Shown: positions 18,590-32,870, counted from the stretch's first letter. The stretch: 64,000 nucleotides of DNA from an uncultured Acidobacteriota bacterium (GCA_963712365.1 CAVQHO010000001.1:32608-96607), one strand, 5' to 3'. Translations and numbers: made by a program. The notes: a model not told the origin generated them from the letters alone.

Positions 18590-20146
18590 ATGAAAACCAG
18601 AATCCTTATCTATATCCATCTTGCACTTGCAATTTCCGTTCCTGCGTTGTCCGCTCAAATGATCGACAACACGCAGGCCACAAGTACTGCGGCCGCGGGA
18701 ATCAACAAGTCCCTTGCCGATGAAATCGGCGCCGGCCGGGGCAGCATCCTCACTCCCGGATCGTCTCTCTACATCATCAAGCGCGATCCCTACCGATCGG
18801 TCCGCCGCGGACGCCAACTGTTCCAGCGGAAATTTACCCAGGCTCAAGGTCAAGGACCGAATGATGGCGACGGCAGTGGCGACATCAACACCAACCTCGC
18901 CATCGGCGCAGGGCTCACTGACAGCTGCGCGCTCTGCCACGGCCGTCCGCGCGGGTCCGCCGGCGCCGGAGGCGATGTCGTCACTCGCCCCGACAGCCGC
19001 GACGCTCCTCACCTGTTCGGCCTCGGCCTCCGCGAAATGCTCGCGGACGAGATGACCACAGACCTTCGCAGAACGCGTGATGCTGCGATCTCGGAAGCGA
19101 AAAAAGAGAAGAAATCCATAACTCTCGCCCTGTTCACCAAAGGAGTGCAGTTTGGAGCTATCACCGGAAATGCCGATGGCTCGGTCGACGCTTCCCACGT
19201 CGTCGGAGTAGATCCCGATCTGCGCGTGAAACCATTTTTCGCGGAGGGTTCTACCATTTCAATTCGCGAATTCGTCGTCGGAGCGCTTCACAAAGAGATG
19301 GGACTCGAAGCCTCATCCGATCCCGACCTGCTAAAAGCCAGCGCTGGGGCCCGTGTCGTAACTCCATCGGGCATGGTGCTCGACGGTTCGAAGGACAAGA
19401 TCTCGCCGCCTCCGGCTCCCGACGCTCAGAATGGAAACGAGGCCGATCCCGCTCTCGTCGATCACCTCGAGTTCTATCTTCTCAACTATTTCAAGCCCGC
19501 TCACCACGAGCAGACTCCCACGACCGACCAGGGTCGTGCCGTCTTCGGCAGAATCGGTTGCGCGTCCTGTCACGTCTCCGACATGACGATCAATCACGAC
19601 CGCCGGGTAGCCGACCTTGAAACTGCCTACGATCCAGTCAACGGCGTCTTCAACTCGATGTACGCGACCGCCACTACCCTCTACTACTCGAAGGACGACG
19701 GGAGCGGATATCCCGACCTCAAACTGCCGCTCGCACGTTCATTCCTCGTCAAAGAAATCTTCACCGACTTCAAACGCCATGACCTCGGCGCAAACTTCTA
19801 CGAGCGCAACTGGGACGGAACTCTACAAACTCAGTTCCTGACTCGGGCGCTTTGGGGCGTGGGAAGCACCGGACCTTATGGCCACGATGGACGCAGCATG
19901 ACTCTTCGCGACGTCATTCTTCGTCACGGTGGCGAAGCACTCTCTTCACGCAATAATTTCTCGGTATTGAAGCCGTCCGAACAAGATAGTTTGATCGCGT
20001 TCCTCAACTCGCTTGTCCTGTTCCCGCCCGACGATACTGCGTCGTCGCTTGACCCCGCTGATACCACCAAAACGAACTTTCCACAGTTCGCATACGGTAG
20101 CGTCAAGCTTACCGTGCTCTTCAACAATCCTACCGACCTCGAGTAG
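18590..20146 (+). CDS. DUF1111 family di-heme oxidoreductase (putative peroxidase / thiol oxidoreductase), exported
   Basis: ATG at 18590 gives the signal MKTRILIYIHLALAISVPALSAQ. Two heme motifs (CALCHGRPRGSAG, GCASCHVSD) in the DUF1111 arrangement. The reading frame is intact. Confidence 0.8.
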   Translation: MKTRILIYIHLALAISVPALSAQMIDNTQATSTAAAGINKSLADEIGAGRGSILTPGSSLYIIKRDPYRSVRRGRQLFQRKFTQAQGQGPNDGDGSGDINTNLAIGAGLTDSCALCHGRPRGSAGAGGDVVTRPDSRDAPHLFGLGLREMLADEMTTDLRRTRDAAISEAKKEKKSITLALFTKGVQFGAITGNADGSVDASHVVGVDPDLRVKPFFAEGSTISIREFVVGALHKEMGLEASSDPDLLKASAGARVVTPSGMVLDGSKDKISPPPAPDAQNGNEADPALVDHLEFYLLNYFKPAHHEQTPTTDQGRAVFGRIGCASCHVSDMTINHDRRVADLETAYDPVNGVFNSMYATATTLYYSKDDGSGYPDLKLPLARSFLVKEIFTDFKRHDLGANFYERNWDGTLQTQFLTRALWGVGSTGPYGHDGRSMTLRDVILRHGGEALSSRNNFSVLKPSEQDSLIAFLNSLVLFPPDDTASSLDPADTTKTNFPQFAYGSVKLTVLFNNPTDLE

Positions 20147-20167
20147 AAAGTAGCCCGATCAAACCCG

Positions 20168-20206
20168 CCCCACCCTTTGCATTCCGAAGGGTGGGGGTTC
20201 ATTTTT
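20168..20206 (+). terminator. Rho-independent terminator after the DUF1111 gene
   Basis: CCCCACCCTT-10 nt loop-AAGGGTGGGG followed by GTTCATTTTT. Confidence 0.7.
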
Positions 20207-20260
20207 GGACTGGATCCGGTCGTTCGGAAACCGTACATTATCAACTCCTTCCGCTCTCTG

Positions 20261-20276
20261 TGTGATTGCGATCACA
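20261..20276. promoter_or_regulatory. Crp/Fnr-type palindrome TGTGATTGCGATCACA upstream of PFOR
   Basis: Perfect 16-bp palindrome 110 bp before the PFOR ATG. A weaker TTGTAACTGGGATCAC lies at 20331-20346. Confidence 0.55.
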
Positions 20277-20373
20277 TCCTCCTGTGAACCTGCGCCCCGA
20301 CATCCACACTCCTCATCATTCATCCTGAAGTTGTAACTGGGATCACGCCAGTGGTTCCCGTCGAGACCTTTGA

Positions 20374-24014
<3,641 letters not shown>

Positions 24015-24075
24015 AGAGTGGCCCATACTACGCGGGTTTCCGTAGCGTGGGATTGTCGTATGAGGGAGGATTTCA

Positions 24076-25090
24076 ATGGATCTCAGCACAACTTATCTCG
24101 GCCTGAAGCTGCCTTCTCCGCTAGTGGCCTCCGCTTCTCCTTTGTCACGCGACATCGACGGCATTTGTCGCCTCGAAGACGCGGGCGCCTCCGCGGTCGT
24201 ACTCTACTCTCTCTTCGAAGAGCAACTTCACCAGGAAGAGATGGACCTCCAGTACCATCTCTCCGCAGGCACCGAAAGCTTCCCGGAGTCGATCTCCTAT
24301 TTTCCCCAGGCCACAGAATTTCACACCGGCCCCGACGGTTACCTCAATCACATCCGCAAAGCCAAACAAGCTGTGGGAATGCCAATCATTGCCAGCCTGA
24401 ACGGTTCGACGCTTGGCGGTTGGACGAAATTCGCCGCTGACATCGAACGCGCTGGCGCCGATGCCATTGAGTGCAACATCTATCACATCCCGACGGATCC
24501 CAAGCTGACCGGTGCGGATGTTGAAAAGGTCTACCTCGACATCGTTCGCGCGGTGAAAAGTCACCGTCACCATTCCCGTGGCGGTGAAACTGAGTCCGTA
24601 CTTCAGCAACTTGGCAAACATGGCTCGCCGTCTGGACGATGCGGGCGCCGATGCGCTGGTGCTCTTCAATCGCTTCTACCAGCCCGACATCGATCTCGAA
24701 GAACTGGAAATCAAGCCCAACGTCTTGCTGAGCACTCCACAGGCGTTACGCCTGCCAATGACGTGGATCGGAATTCTCTATGGCCGGATTCGCTGCAGTC
24801 TGGCGGGAACCGGCGGCGTGCACAGCGCGGAAGACGCTGTGAAGCTCCTGATGGTCGGAGCAAACGTCACCATGCTTTGCTCCTCGCTGATGCGCCATGG
24901 TGTAAATCATTTGCGCCACGTCGATCGCGAACTGCGCGAATGGATGGAAGCGCACGAGTACGAATCCGTCGCCCAGATGCAAGGAAGCATGAGCCAGGTC
25001 CGTTGCCCCGATCCCGGCGCATTTGAACGCGCTCAATATATGCGGGCCGTTAAAGGCATGCAACACATTCACATGGCAGGCTGGCGATAA
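24076..25090 (+). pseudogene. Dihydroorotate dehydrogenase-like flavoprotein, one frame disruption
   Basis: ORFs 24076..25026 and 24578..25090. [19 protein letters not shown]...IASLNG...ADAIECNIY then ..[15 protein letters not shown]...[10 protein letters not shown]...[19 protein letters not shown]. The frame changes near 24560. Confidence 0.75.
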
Positions 25091-26202
25091 TGCCCACGAC
25101 AATAGATCTGACCGAAGAACAGCGAAGCTGGGTGGAGGAAGTCACACACGTTCTGACCACGACGACGCCATCGCTCGGATCGGCGACCACCTGGGCACAA
25201 CCTTTCCCGCGTCCTATCGGCGCGAAAGACCCTGCCTTGACCCGGCTGAACGCTGGGGAAGTTAATGCGATCGAAAAGGCTCGCGGCGAACGTCGCCGCG
25301 CACTCATCGTTCCCCGTGAGCACGGAGCCTGGGGACTGTTATTGGTTCCCATGGTGACCGGCGCAGGAGTCGCTGTGCGGGAAAGCACGAATCTTTTCCC
25401 GTTTCTCCTCCTGCTGACCGCCGCCTTGACTCTGTTCTGGCTGAGAACTCCGCTCGAGAGTCTGTTGAAAATCTCTGCGATTCGTGCTGAAACCAGGGAC
25501 GAGCGTGAGTCCGTGTCGTTCGCTGTGTTCTATCTGGTAGCTGTGGCCGCATTATCTCTGGCCATGCTCCTATGGGGCGGCCACAATCCTCTTCTCTGGA
25601 GACTAGGCGCCGCCGCCGCAGTGTTTTTCGCCGCCCAGGAAGTTTGCAAGTTGATGTGGCAGCGACCCGTATGGATGGCGAGAATCATGTGGAGACGGCC
25701 GCCTCGGTCGTCCCGCGAGGGCGCAGCCGAGCAGGCCCAAAATAAGAAGACCTCCGTGAATCTCCGCATGCTGTCGGAAATCATTGGAACCGTCGGCCTT
25801 ACTGCTGCCGCTCCTGCCGCCTACTACGTCATCACAGACAAATTTGGGCCTACTGCCTGGATTCTCTGGGTTGCCAACCTCATCTTCGCCGGTAACCAGA
25901 TTCACTATGTGCAAATGCGCCTGCACACCGCGCGGGTCGTAGGCTTCCGCGCCAAGATCTCCCGCGGGTGGTTATTCGCTGCCGGACAAGCTGCCATGAC
26001 TGCGATTCTGGCCTTCGCGTGTGTTGCTGGACTGCTGCCTCGTTTCGCATCTCTGGCCTTCGCTCCCATCATGTTTCGTGGATGGTTTTACTTCATCCAG
26101 AAGCCCGCGCCTCTCATGGTCCGCAGGCTGGGATGGAGCGAATTGGCGCAAGCGATCGTCTTCTGCGTCGCCTTCATCGTCAGTTTTACATTCGCAAAGT
26201 AG
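25090..26202 (+). CDS. YwiC-like family integral membrane protein
   Basis: The ATG overlaps the preceding stop (TAATG). REHGAWGLLLVPMVTG is followed by multiple TM helices. The family call is from memory of the EHGAW motif. Confidence 0.6.
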   Translation: MPTTIDLTEEQRSWVEEVTHVLTTTTPSLGSATTWAQPFPRPIGAKDPALTRLNAGEVNAIEKARGERRRALIVPREHGAWGLLLVPMVTGAGVAVRESTNLFPFLLLLTAALTLFWLRTPLESLLKISAIRAETRDERESVSFAVFYLVAVAALSLAMLLWGGHNPLLWRLGAAAAVFFAAQEVCKLMWQRPVWMARIMWRRPPRSSREGAAEQAQNKKTSVNLRMLSEIIGTVGLTAAAPAAYYVITDKFGPTAWILWVANLIFAGNQIHYVQMRLHTARVVGFRAKISRGWLFAAGQAAMTAILAFACVAGLLPRFASLAFAPIMFRGWFYFIQKPAPLMVRRLGWSELAQAIVFCVAFIVSFTFAK

Positions 26203-26278
26203 CCGAATATTCCAAAATGTGTAAGCTTCGACGAGAACTGCCTTTATTGTGTTTTGTACGTACTTTTCTGTACGTTGG

Positions 26279-26298
26279 AATGTTCCTGCAGGAACATT
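26279..26298. repeat. Perfect 20-bp palindrome AATGTTCCTGCAGGAACATT
   Basis: Read directly from the sequence. It lies between the convergent ywiC-like and adh genes, with no flanking U-tract on either strand. Confidence 0.9.
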
Positions 26299-26327
26299 TC
26301 TCGTGGTTCCGGCTGCTGATTTATTGC

Positions 26328-27320
26328 CTAGGGAACGATGACGGCGGCGCCATCCACCGCGTCATTTTTGACCGCGAGGAGTGCCTCGTTTGCGTGGTCT
26401 AAAGAGAAGACCGTCACTTTAGGTTGCATGCCAATCTGGGCAGCGAGCGCGAGGAAGTCACGCGCGTCAGCGCGCGTCATGTTCGCCACGCTGCGTATCT
26501 GACGCTCGCCCCATAGCAAAGTGTCGTAATCAAATTGAGGAATGCGATCCAGATGAATCGCGTTGATCGCCACCACACCACCTTTGCGCAAACTCGCGAG
26601 CGCGCTCACCACCACATCCCCGCTGGGCGCGAACGTTATCGCGCGATCGAGCGCCACAGGCGGCTTGTCGGTCTCGGTTCCAACCCATGTCGCCCCAAGC
26701 AATTCCGCGAGAGCGCGATGCGACTTGCCTCTCGTCGACACGTAGACTTCACACTTCCAAGCCTTCAATACGTCGATTGCAAGATGCGCCGAAGCGCCGA
26801 AGCCGAACAAGCCCACGCGGTCGCCATGCTCCACGCCGGCTACGCGCAGGCTGCGGAATCCGATGACGCCTGCGCAGAGCAGTGGCGCGGCATGCAAATC
26901 ATCGAGCGAGTCAGGCAGCGGATAGACGAAATCGTTGCGTGCAAAAGCGTAGTCGGCGTAACCACCTCCGATTGTGTAACCGGTGAATGCAGGTGAGTCG
27001 CACAGATTCTCAAGACCCCTCAGGCAGTAAGGACACGAGCCATCGGTGCCGCCGAGCCACGACACGCCGACGCGCGTGCCCACCGGCATTGCATCCGTCG
27101 CGCCATCGACAATTTCCCCCACGATCTGGTGCCCGGGAATGATTCTCAACTGCTTTGGCGGCAGTTCACCTTCCACAATGTGCAAATCGGTGCGGCAAAC
27201 TCCACACGCTCGCACGCGCAGCAACACATGCCCCGATCGCACGCGTGGATCAGCAACATCCACTATTTGTAAAGGACGCTGGGAGACAGGCTGAGGTGAA
27301 GCAAGGATGGCGGCTTTCAT
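26328..27320 (-). CDS. Zinc-dependent alcohol dehydrogenase family protein
   Basis: GVCRTDLHIVEGE and GHQIVGEIV (catalytic Zn ligands), structural Zn Cys cluster CPYCLRGLENLC, Rossmann motif GLFGFGASAH. Confidence 0.9.
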   Translation of the reverse strand: MKAAILASPQPVSQRPLQIVDVADPRVRSGHVLLRVRACGVCRTDLHIVEGELPPKQLRIIPGHQIVGEIVDGATDAMPVGTRVGVSWLGGTDGSCPYCLRGLENLCDSPAFTGYTIGGGYADYAFARNDFVYPLPDSLDDLHAAPLLCAGVIGFRSLRVAGVEHGDRVGLFGFGASAHLAIDVLKAWKCEVYVSTRGKSHRALAELLGATWVGTETDKPPVALDRAITFAPSGDVVVSALASLRKGGVVAINAIHLDRIPQFDYDTLLWGERQIRSVANMTRADARDFLALAAQIGMQPKVTVFSLDHANEALLAVKNDAVDGAAVIVP

Positions 27321-27555
27321 CAGGATGACTGCTTAGAAATGTAAGTTGATCGTACCATGCACCGCCAGCGTGGCAATCAATGCAGCCGACCAGCACGGCC
27401 TAGCAAAGGCCGCAGGATGCGGGACTACCCAAGGCTTTGGCCGGTCCAATGGGCGGATTGACGCCGTTAACGCTACTGGTCGGATTTCGACTTTTCGCTG
27501 CGAATCTACTTGACTTTCGCTATAAACGAAAGTAATAGTTTTGACTCGTAATGAT

Positions 27556-30500
27556 ATGAAAGTCCCTGTGGAGGCTGCCATGCGTGTTTGGCGCGGTCTT
27601 TCGTTCGCTCTGTTTGCGCTTCTTCTCGTCGCGCTACAACTCGTGCCCAACGTCTCTTTTGCTCAAGCCAGCTACACTGCGCAGGTGCGCGGCGTCGTTA
27701 AGGATCAGAGCGGAGCCATGGTTCCGCAGGCGACGCTCACCATCACCAATGACGGGACCGGTATCGCGACCACCGCGAAATCGGACGACAACGGTCTCTA
27801 TGTTCTTACGGGACTGCGGCCTGCGACCTACACGATCCGGGCGGACGCGCCTGGTTTCCGCTCGGCCGAGCAAAAAAATGTCGTGCTGCAGGTCTCGCAG
27901 CAGACGTCGATCGACTTCACCATGCACCCGCTCGGCGTGATTACGACAGTCGAGGTGACCACTGCCGCGCCCTTGTTGGACACGGAAAGCGCCTCGCTAG
28001 GCACGGACATCACGAACGAGTATGTGCGGGACATTCCGCTGTACGGCCGCAGCATGTTCGGGCTGGTTTTTCTGGCGGGTGGCGTAACTGAAGTCTCGGG
28101 CGCCGGCATCAACGACAACTATCCTTCCGGCACCAATTTCGTCTCGAACGGCCAGCGCAACGCCACGGCTGAAGTAACTCTTGATGGCAGTCCGATCAGT
28201 GCGCCGGAACAAGGCGAGGGCGGCAACTCCAACGTCTACTACCAGCCTTCCGTAGAGATCGTGCAGGAATTCAAAGTCCAGAACAACGGCTTCTCCGCTG
28301 AGTTCGGCAACAACGGCGGCACCATCTTGAATATGGTTTTGAAGCAGGGCACGAATACCTTGCACGGCAGCGGGTGGTGGTACGGGCAGCGGTCGACGTT
28401 TGACGCCCGCGACTACTTCAACAACGGCGAAAAACCTGATCATATCCGTGATCAATATGGCTTCTCTCTCGGCGGTCCCGTGAGGAAGAACAAGACATTT
28501 TTCTTTGTCGATTTCGAAAAAGTCCGGCAGCAAGACCCAAACGTGTTGGAAGGAATCGTTCCCACTGACCTGGAACGTACCGGCGATTTCTCCCAGAGTC
28601 CCGCGAACAGCAATGGCATTTTCGACCCGTGCGCTGGAAGCCAGGGATCTGCCACACCTTGCCCGAGAACGCAATTCCCCGGAAACATAATTCCCGCGAA
28701 CAAGATTGATCCTATCGGCCAGGCGATTCTGAACCTTTATCCGCACGCCAACATAGACGGTGCCGTCTATCCGGACGTCAATTTCCGCCAAGTCATTCTC
28801 TCCACCGATCCGGCGTGGCAATTCGACGTGAAACTCGATCATCAGATCACCACTAACCACAAGATCGGCGGGCGTTACAGCCGGCATCACGATCGATTCG
28901 TTCAACCCACCGTTTTCGGTGACGACGGTGACGGCGTTATTTACGACACGAAGGTCCAGAATGGCGGCGCGGAATATAACTGGGCGATCACTCCCACCAA
29001 ACTTTGGACCAACCGCTTCAGCGTGGACCGAGTGCATGCTCCCGGTATTAGCAACAACTACCCGACGCTTGACTCTGTCGGGTTGTCGCCGCTTCTCGCA
29101 GCGAATGGGCTTACCCGTATGCCCACAATCAATGTCGATGGCGGAATGACTTCGCTGTTCAATCAGTGCTGTGTGGATACGCACTTCGCCCACACCCTGG
29201 TCAGTTATTCCTCCGCTTTGCAGTTGGCAAAAGGAGCGCATTCGATAACGATCGGGGGCGAACAGCGCATCTTCTTCAACTATTTCTGGCAGCCCGATAA
29301 TCCCACCGGCATCTTCGATTTCTCACGGGACGTAACGACCTCCGCACCCAACGCTGGGTTGGGAGATAACAACGAGGGAAATCCCTTTGCTACGATCCTG
29401 ACCGGGTTTGCGTACGGGGCTTCGCTTCACCTTGTTCCCGCCGTGTCGGACAAATCGAAAGACACTGCTTTCTTCGTGCAGGATAACTGGAAGGTTACCC
29501 CCAAACTAACTCTCAATTTAGGGTTGCGCTACGAGTGGAGCACTCCCTACACGGAGGGCGGCAACCGTCTGACATTCAGCAACTTCTCTGGCGACACGGG
29601 AATCACCATGCCCGTCGACCGGGATGCGACCGGCCAGTTTCCCCAGTTCGGACAGATTGGCAACCTCATCGGGACGACTGAGTTCCCAACATCCAGCCGC
29701 CGTAACTCTCCTGTGGATCGAAACAATTTCGCGCCACGTCTTGGCTTTGCCTATCAACTCGCTTCCAACACGGTGGTGCGAGGCGGCGCAGGAGTTTTCT
29801 ACGGGATGAACGTCGCCACAAACTTCCAGTACGCTGGCCCAACATTCGCGAAGACCGCGCAGATGTACTTCACCAAGGACGACTACGCGACTCAATTCGC
29901 ATGTCTCGGACCTTCCCCCTTGCAGCCCAACTGCGACAGCCCATTTCCTGGCGGCCTCGCGGGGCCGCAAGGAACCAAGTACGGAAAATTGGCGCAGTGG
30001 GGCTTCAGCAATGACAGCGATCTGGACACTGGTGTAGCGCGCAATGCTGAGATCTACCAGTGGAACTTGGGTGTGCAGCACATGCTTCCCGGACAGATCG
30101 TAGTGGGCGTAGATTACTCCGCGAACCGAAGCACGCATTTGCCTTGGGCAGGCGCCGGCGGTATCTCGACGCGCAACCGCAACTTCATTCCGTCTTCGAT
30201 CCGCAATGCCTTGGTTCAGACACTGAACCCGACCCACGATCCCAACAGCACCGCCGTAACGGACTATTTGAACAATGAAGTGCCGAATCCATTCCAATGT
30301 TTCTTTGCGAGTGTGGCCTCGCCGGCTTCGTATTGCCCGGCAGCGCCGATTTTCAGTGCAGCGGATGTGGCGGATTCACGTTATGGCGATGACACGATTC
30401 CGCAATCCCTGCTACTGGAGCCGTACCCGCAATTTGACGGCGGCTTCTCAGGATTGCCGAAACTGATCGCGACCTCCTGGTACCACTCGCTACAAGTTCG

Positions 30501-31227
30501 CTTCCAGAAGCGAGCCAGCCACTACGTCAGCTTCGAAGGAAACTACACTTTCTCGAAGGCAACGGATGATTCATCTGCCGGTCGCAATGCCTGGATCGGA
30601 AATCTGGGTCTGGATAACCCGCAAGTGCTGGACGATCTCAGGGCAGAGCATGGAATCGCCTCTAGCGACACCCCGCATCGGCTGACGGCAGCCATCATTC
30701 TCCAGCTGCCGGTCGGCAAGGACCGTTGGATCGGAGGCGGCATGAACCGGGCAATGGATGGTATTGTGGGCGGCTGGTCGCTCAACGGAGTTGTAACCCT
30801 GCAGTCCGGGCAACCGCTCGCCGTCTATAACAGTGTGGGACGCCTGGTCGATGGCAATCCGCGGCCGGATGTGGTCTGCTCCCAACTCCGGACTGGCTTG
30901 ACTTTCCGCCAAGCTGCCAGTTCGAACCTCCCTTACTTGAATCAGGATTGTTTCGCCGATCCCGGCGACAACATAACCGGCAATGCGCCTCGGCACTTTT
31001 CCAACCTGCGAGGCGACGGTATTCGAAACCTGGATCTGTCGCTGTCCAAAGAATTCAGGATCAGCGAAGGCAAGCTCCTCCAGGTTCGGGCGGAAACGTT
31101 CAACGCATTTAATCATCAACGGTTTGCTTTCCCGGATGTTGGATCAGGCGATGGTGTTTTCGGTACTGTGACATCGACGACCGGCAATTTCCGCCGAATG
31201 CAGTTTGGCGCTCGCTTCCAGTTCTAG
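27556..31227 (+). CDS. TonB-dependent receptor with N-terminal carboxypeptidase-regulatory-like domain
   Basis: Signal peptide, VRGVVKDQSGAMVPQATLTITNDGTGIATTAKSDDNGLYVLTGLRPATYTI, plug region, and the C-terminal beta-barrel ending ..RRMQFGARFQF. The start could be 27556 or 27580. Confidence 0.9.
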   Translation: MKVPVEAAMRVWRGLSFALFALLLVALQLVPNVSFAQASYTAQVRGVVKDQSGAMVPQATLTITNDGTGIATTAKSDDNGLYVLTGLRPATYTIRADAPGFRSAEQKNVVLQVSQQTSIDFTMHPLGVITTVEVTTAAPLLDTESASLGTDITNEYVRDIPLYGRSMFGLVFLAGGVTEVSGAGINDNYPSGTNFVSNGQRNATAEVTLDGSPISAPEQGEGGNSNVYYQPSVEIVQEFKVQNNGFSAEFGNNGGTILNMVLKQGTNTLHGSGWWYGQRSTFDARDYFNNGEKPDHIRDQYGFSLGGPVRKNKTFFFVDFEKVRQQDPNVLEGIVPTDLERTGDFSQSPANSNGIFDPCAGSQGSATPCPRTQFPGNIIPANKIDPIGQAILNLYPHANIDGAVYPDVNFRQVILSTDPAWQFDVKLDHQITTNHKIGGRYSRHHDRFVQPTVFGDDGDGVIYDTKVQNGGAEYNWAITPTKLWTNRFSVDRVHAPGISNNYPTLDSVGLSPLLAANGLTRMPTINVDGGMTSLFNQCCVDTHFAHTLVSYSSALQLAKGAHSITIGGEQRIFFNYFWQPDNPTGIFDFSRDVTTSAPNAGLGDNNEGNPFATILTGFAYGASLHLVPAVSDKSKDTAFFVQDNWKVTPKLTLNLGLRYEWSTPYTEGGNRLTFSNFSGDTGITMPVDRDATGQFPQFGQIGNLIGTTEFPTSSRRNSPVDRNNFAPRLGFAYQLASNTVVRGGAGVFYGMNVATNFQYAGPTFAKTAQMYFTKDDYATQFACLGPSPLQPNCDSPFPGGLAGPQGTKYGKLAQWGFSNDSDLDTGVARNAEIYQWNLGVQHMLPGQIVVGVDYSANRSTHLPWAGAGGISTRNRNFIPSSIRNALVQTLNPTHDPNSTAVTDYLNNEVPNPFQCFFASVASPASYCPAAPIFSAADVADSRYGDDTIPQSLLLEPYPQFDGGFSGLPKLIATSWYHSLQVRFQKRASHYVSFEGNYTFSKATDDSSAGRNAWIGNLGLDNPQVLDDLRAEHGIASSDTPHRLTAAIILQLPVGKDRWIGGGMNRAMDGIVGGWSLNGVVTLQSGQPLAVYNSVGRLVDGNPRPDVVCSQLRTGLTFRQAASSNLPYLNQDCFADPGDNITGNAPRHFSNLRGDGIRNLDLSLSKEFRISEGKLLQVRAETFNAFNHQRFAFPDVGSGDGVFGTVTSTTGNFRRMQFGARFQF

Positions 31228-31248
31228 AAAATCACTCCACAACAACCT

Positions 31249-31280
31249 GGTCCCGGAATAGACGGGACCGGGTTTCTTTC
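31249..31280 (+). terminator. Rho-independent terminator after the TonB-dependent receptor
   Basis: GGTCCCG-7 nt-CGGGACC followed by GGGTTTCTTTCC. Confidence 0.6.
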
Positions 31281-31313
31281 CTTCGTACGTAGTACCCGAT
31301 TCGAGGGTCGATC

Positions 31314-32870
31314 ATGCAGCGAAGGTCCTTCTTGAAAGCAGGCGGAGCCATAACTCTGGCCGGCCTAGGGAGCAATTCCCTTCTCGCGCACGTTCCTACT
31401 CACAATTTCGACAAGTACGATTTCGGGTCCGGCCCCGCGGTGAGTGACCGTCTGTATCAAGGCCCATTTTCAGCTGATGACTATCCGAGTTGGAACGTTG
31501 CGATGGCGCTGACCGCGTCGCGCGATGTCGTACCGAATTATGGGATGGGTTGCATCACCTATATCTGCGACGAGGTGGGACCAGCCAAAAAAGACGGCGA
31601 GTCGCAGGCGCAATCGATCGAGAACCTGGTGAAGATTCCGCTGGGAACAAAGCTTTACTTGCGGGTGAATTGGAAGGATGTGCAGCAAAGGCCTGGAAGG
31701 CTGGATCTCTGCGAGCACTGGAAGGTGACGTTCGATCTTGCGCGGCAATATAAGAAGAGGATCGGCTTCCGCGTGATGTTGAGCAATCCGGACATTCCGG
31801 ACTCCCCGCTGCCGGAGTTTCTGCGCGACAAGATTCCGATGGTCAGGCTCGGCGACTGGCAGAACCGTACGCGATCCGAGCCTCAGTATGACTCTCCGAT
31901 ATTCCAGTCGGCGTTCCGCGAATTGGTGGACCTGCTGGCGGATGCTTATGACGGACATCCCGACGTCGAATACACAGACACTTTCATGTATGGATTCTGG
32001 GGCGAAGGTCACACGTGGCCTTTGGAGAAGAATCCATTCCCCGATCCCGTCGCCGCTGAGAACACCTTTGTCAGCATGCTCCAGCACCAACTCGAGCGCT
32101 GGAAGAAAACTCCGCTGCTCACCAATACGCAGCCGGACTTCAGCAAGGTGGGAAATTCCGAATTGCTTGACCGCACGGTGAGAAGCGGCAATTGGCTGCG
32201 GACTGACACGATCTTCATTGAGAACGAACAGATTGAGGAGTTGAGTAATCGTCCACCGTGGACCGGAGTGTCTGTCGAAGTAGGCATGTCGGACGGATCG
32301 GCGAAGACGTTGAAGGTTGACGACGGCGTGAGCTACACCGACAACGTGGTGGAGCACGTGCGTGATGTGGGCGCGTGCTACTTCTCGCTGTGGAACTGGC
32401 ATCGCATCCAGGCTGATCGAATCCTCAACTACTACCATCAATTTCCAGGCGCGATTGACCGGCTGGCGCGGGAAATCGGATATCGCGTGCGTCCGTCGTG
32501 GGTATGGACGTATGAAGAGAATGCGAATCCCGGATTGATCGTTGGGTTCGTGAACGATGGAATCGCGGGAGTTCCGGGCGTGCTGCGGGTGTCTATTCTG
32601 ACAAGCGATGGGCGAGAACTGGTTGCGGGTGGACTGGATGCAGGTTATCCGCTGCCGGGAAAGGTTCGGCAAGCAAAGCTTCCGCTGCCGAAGGGCACGA
32701 AGTGGCAGGGCCTGCGGTTGAAAGCGGAGATCGAAGTGAAGGGTCAACGACATCCCGTGCGTTGGGCGTGCCGTCAGAAGCTAAACGAGGACGGGACATT
32801 GACGCTACGCTCAACGGTAGGGCTTGGGCAGGACGATGTGACTGGTGGAATGCCGCCTACGGGCGACTGA
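31314..32870 (+). CDS. Tat-exported hypothetical protein, glycoside-hydrolase-like
   Basis: MQRRSFLKAGGAITLAGLGS is a Tat signal. FMYGFWGEGHTW is reminiscent of DUF4832-type glycosidase-like proteins. The function assignment is weak. Confidence 0.55.
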   Translation: MQRRSFLKAGGAITLAGLGSNSLLAHVPTHNFDKYDFGSGPAVSDRLYQGPFSADDYPSWNVAMALTASRDVVPNYGMGCITYICDEVGPAKKDGESQAQSIENLVKIPLGTKLYLRVNWKDVQQRPGRLDLCEHWKVTFDLARQYKKRIGFRVMLSNPDIPDSPLPEFLRDKIPMVRLGDWQNRTRSEPQYDSPIFQSAFRELVDLLADAYDGHPDVEYTDTFMYGFWGEGHTWPLEKNPFPDPVAAENTFVSMLQHQLERWKKTPLLTNTQPDFSKVGNSELLDRTVRSGNWLRTDTIFIENEQIEELSNRPPWTGVSVEVGMSDGSAKTLKVDDGVSYTDNVVEHVRDVGACYFSLWNWHRIQADRILNYYHQFPGAIDRLAREIGYRVRPSWVWTYEENANPGLIVGFVNDGIAGVPGVLRVSILTSDGRELVAGGLDAGYPLPGKVRQAKLPLPKGTKWQGLRLKAEIEVKGQRHPVRWACRQKLNEDGTLTLRSTVGLGQDDVTGGMPPTGD

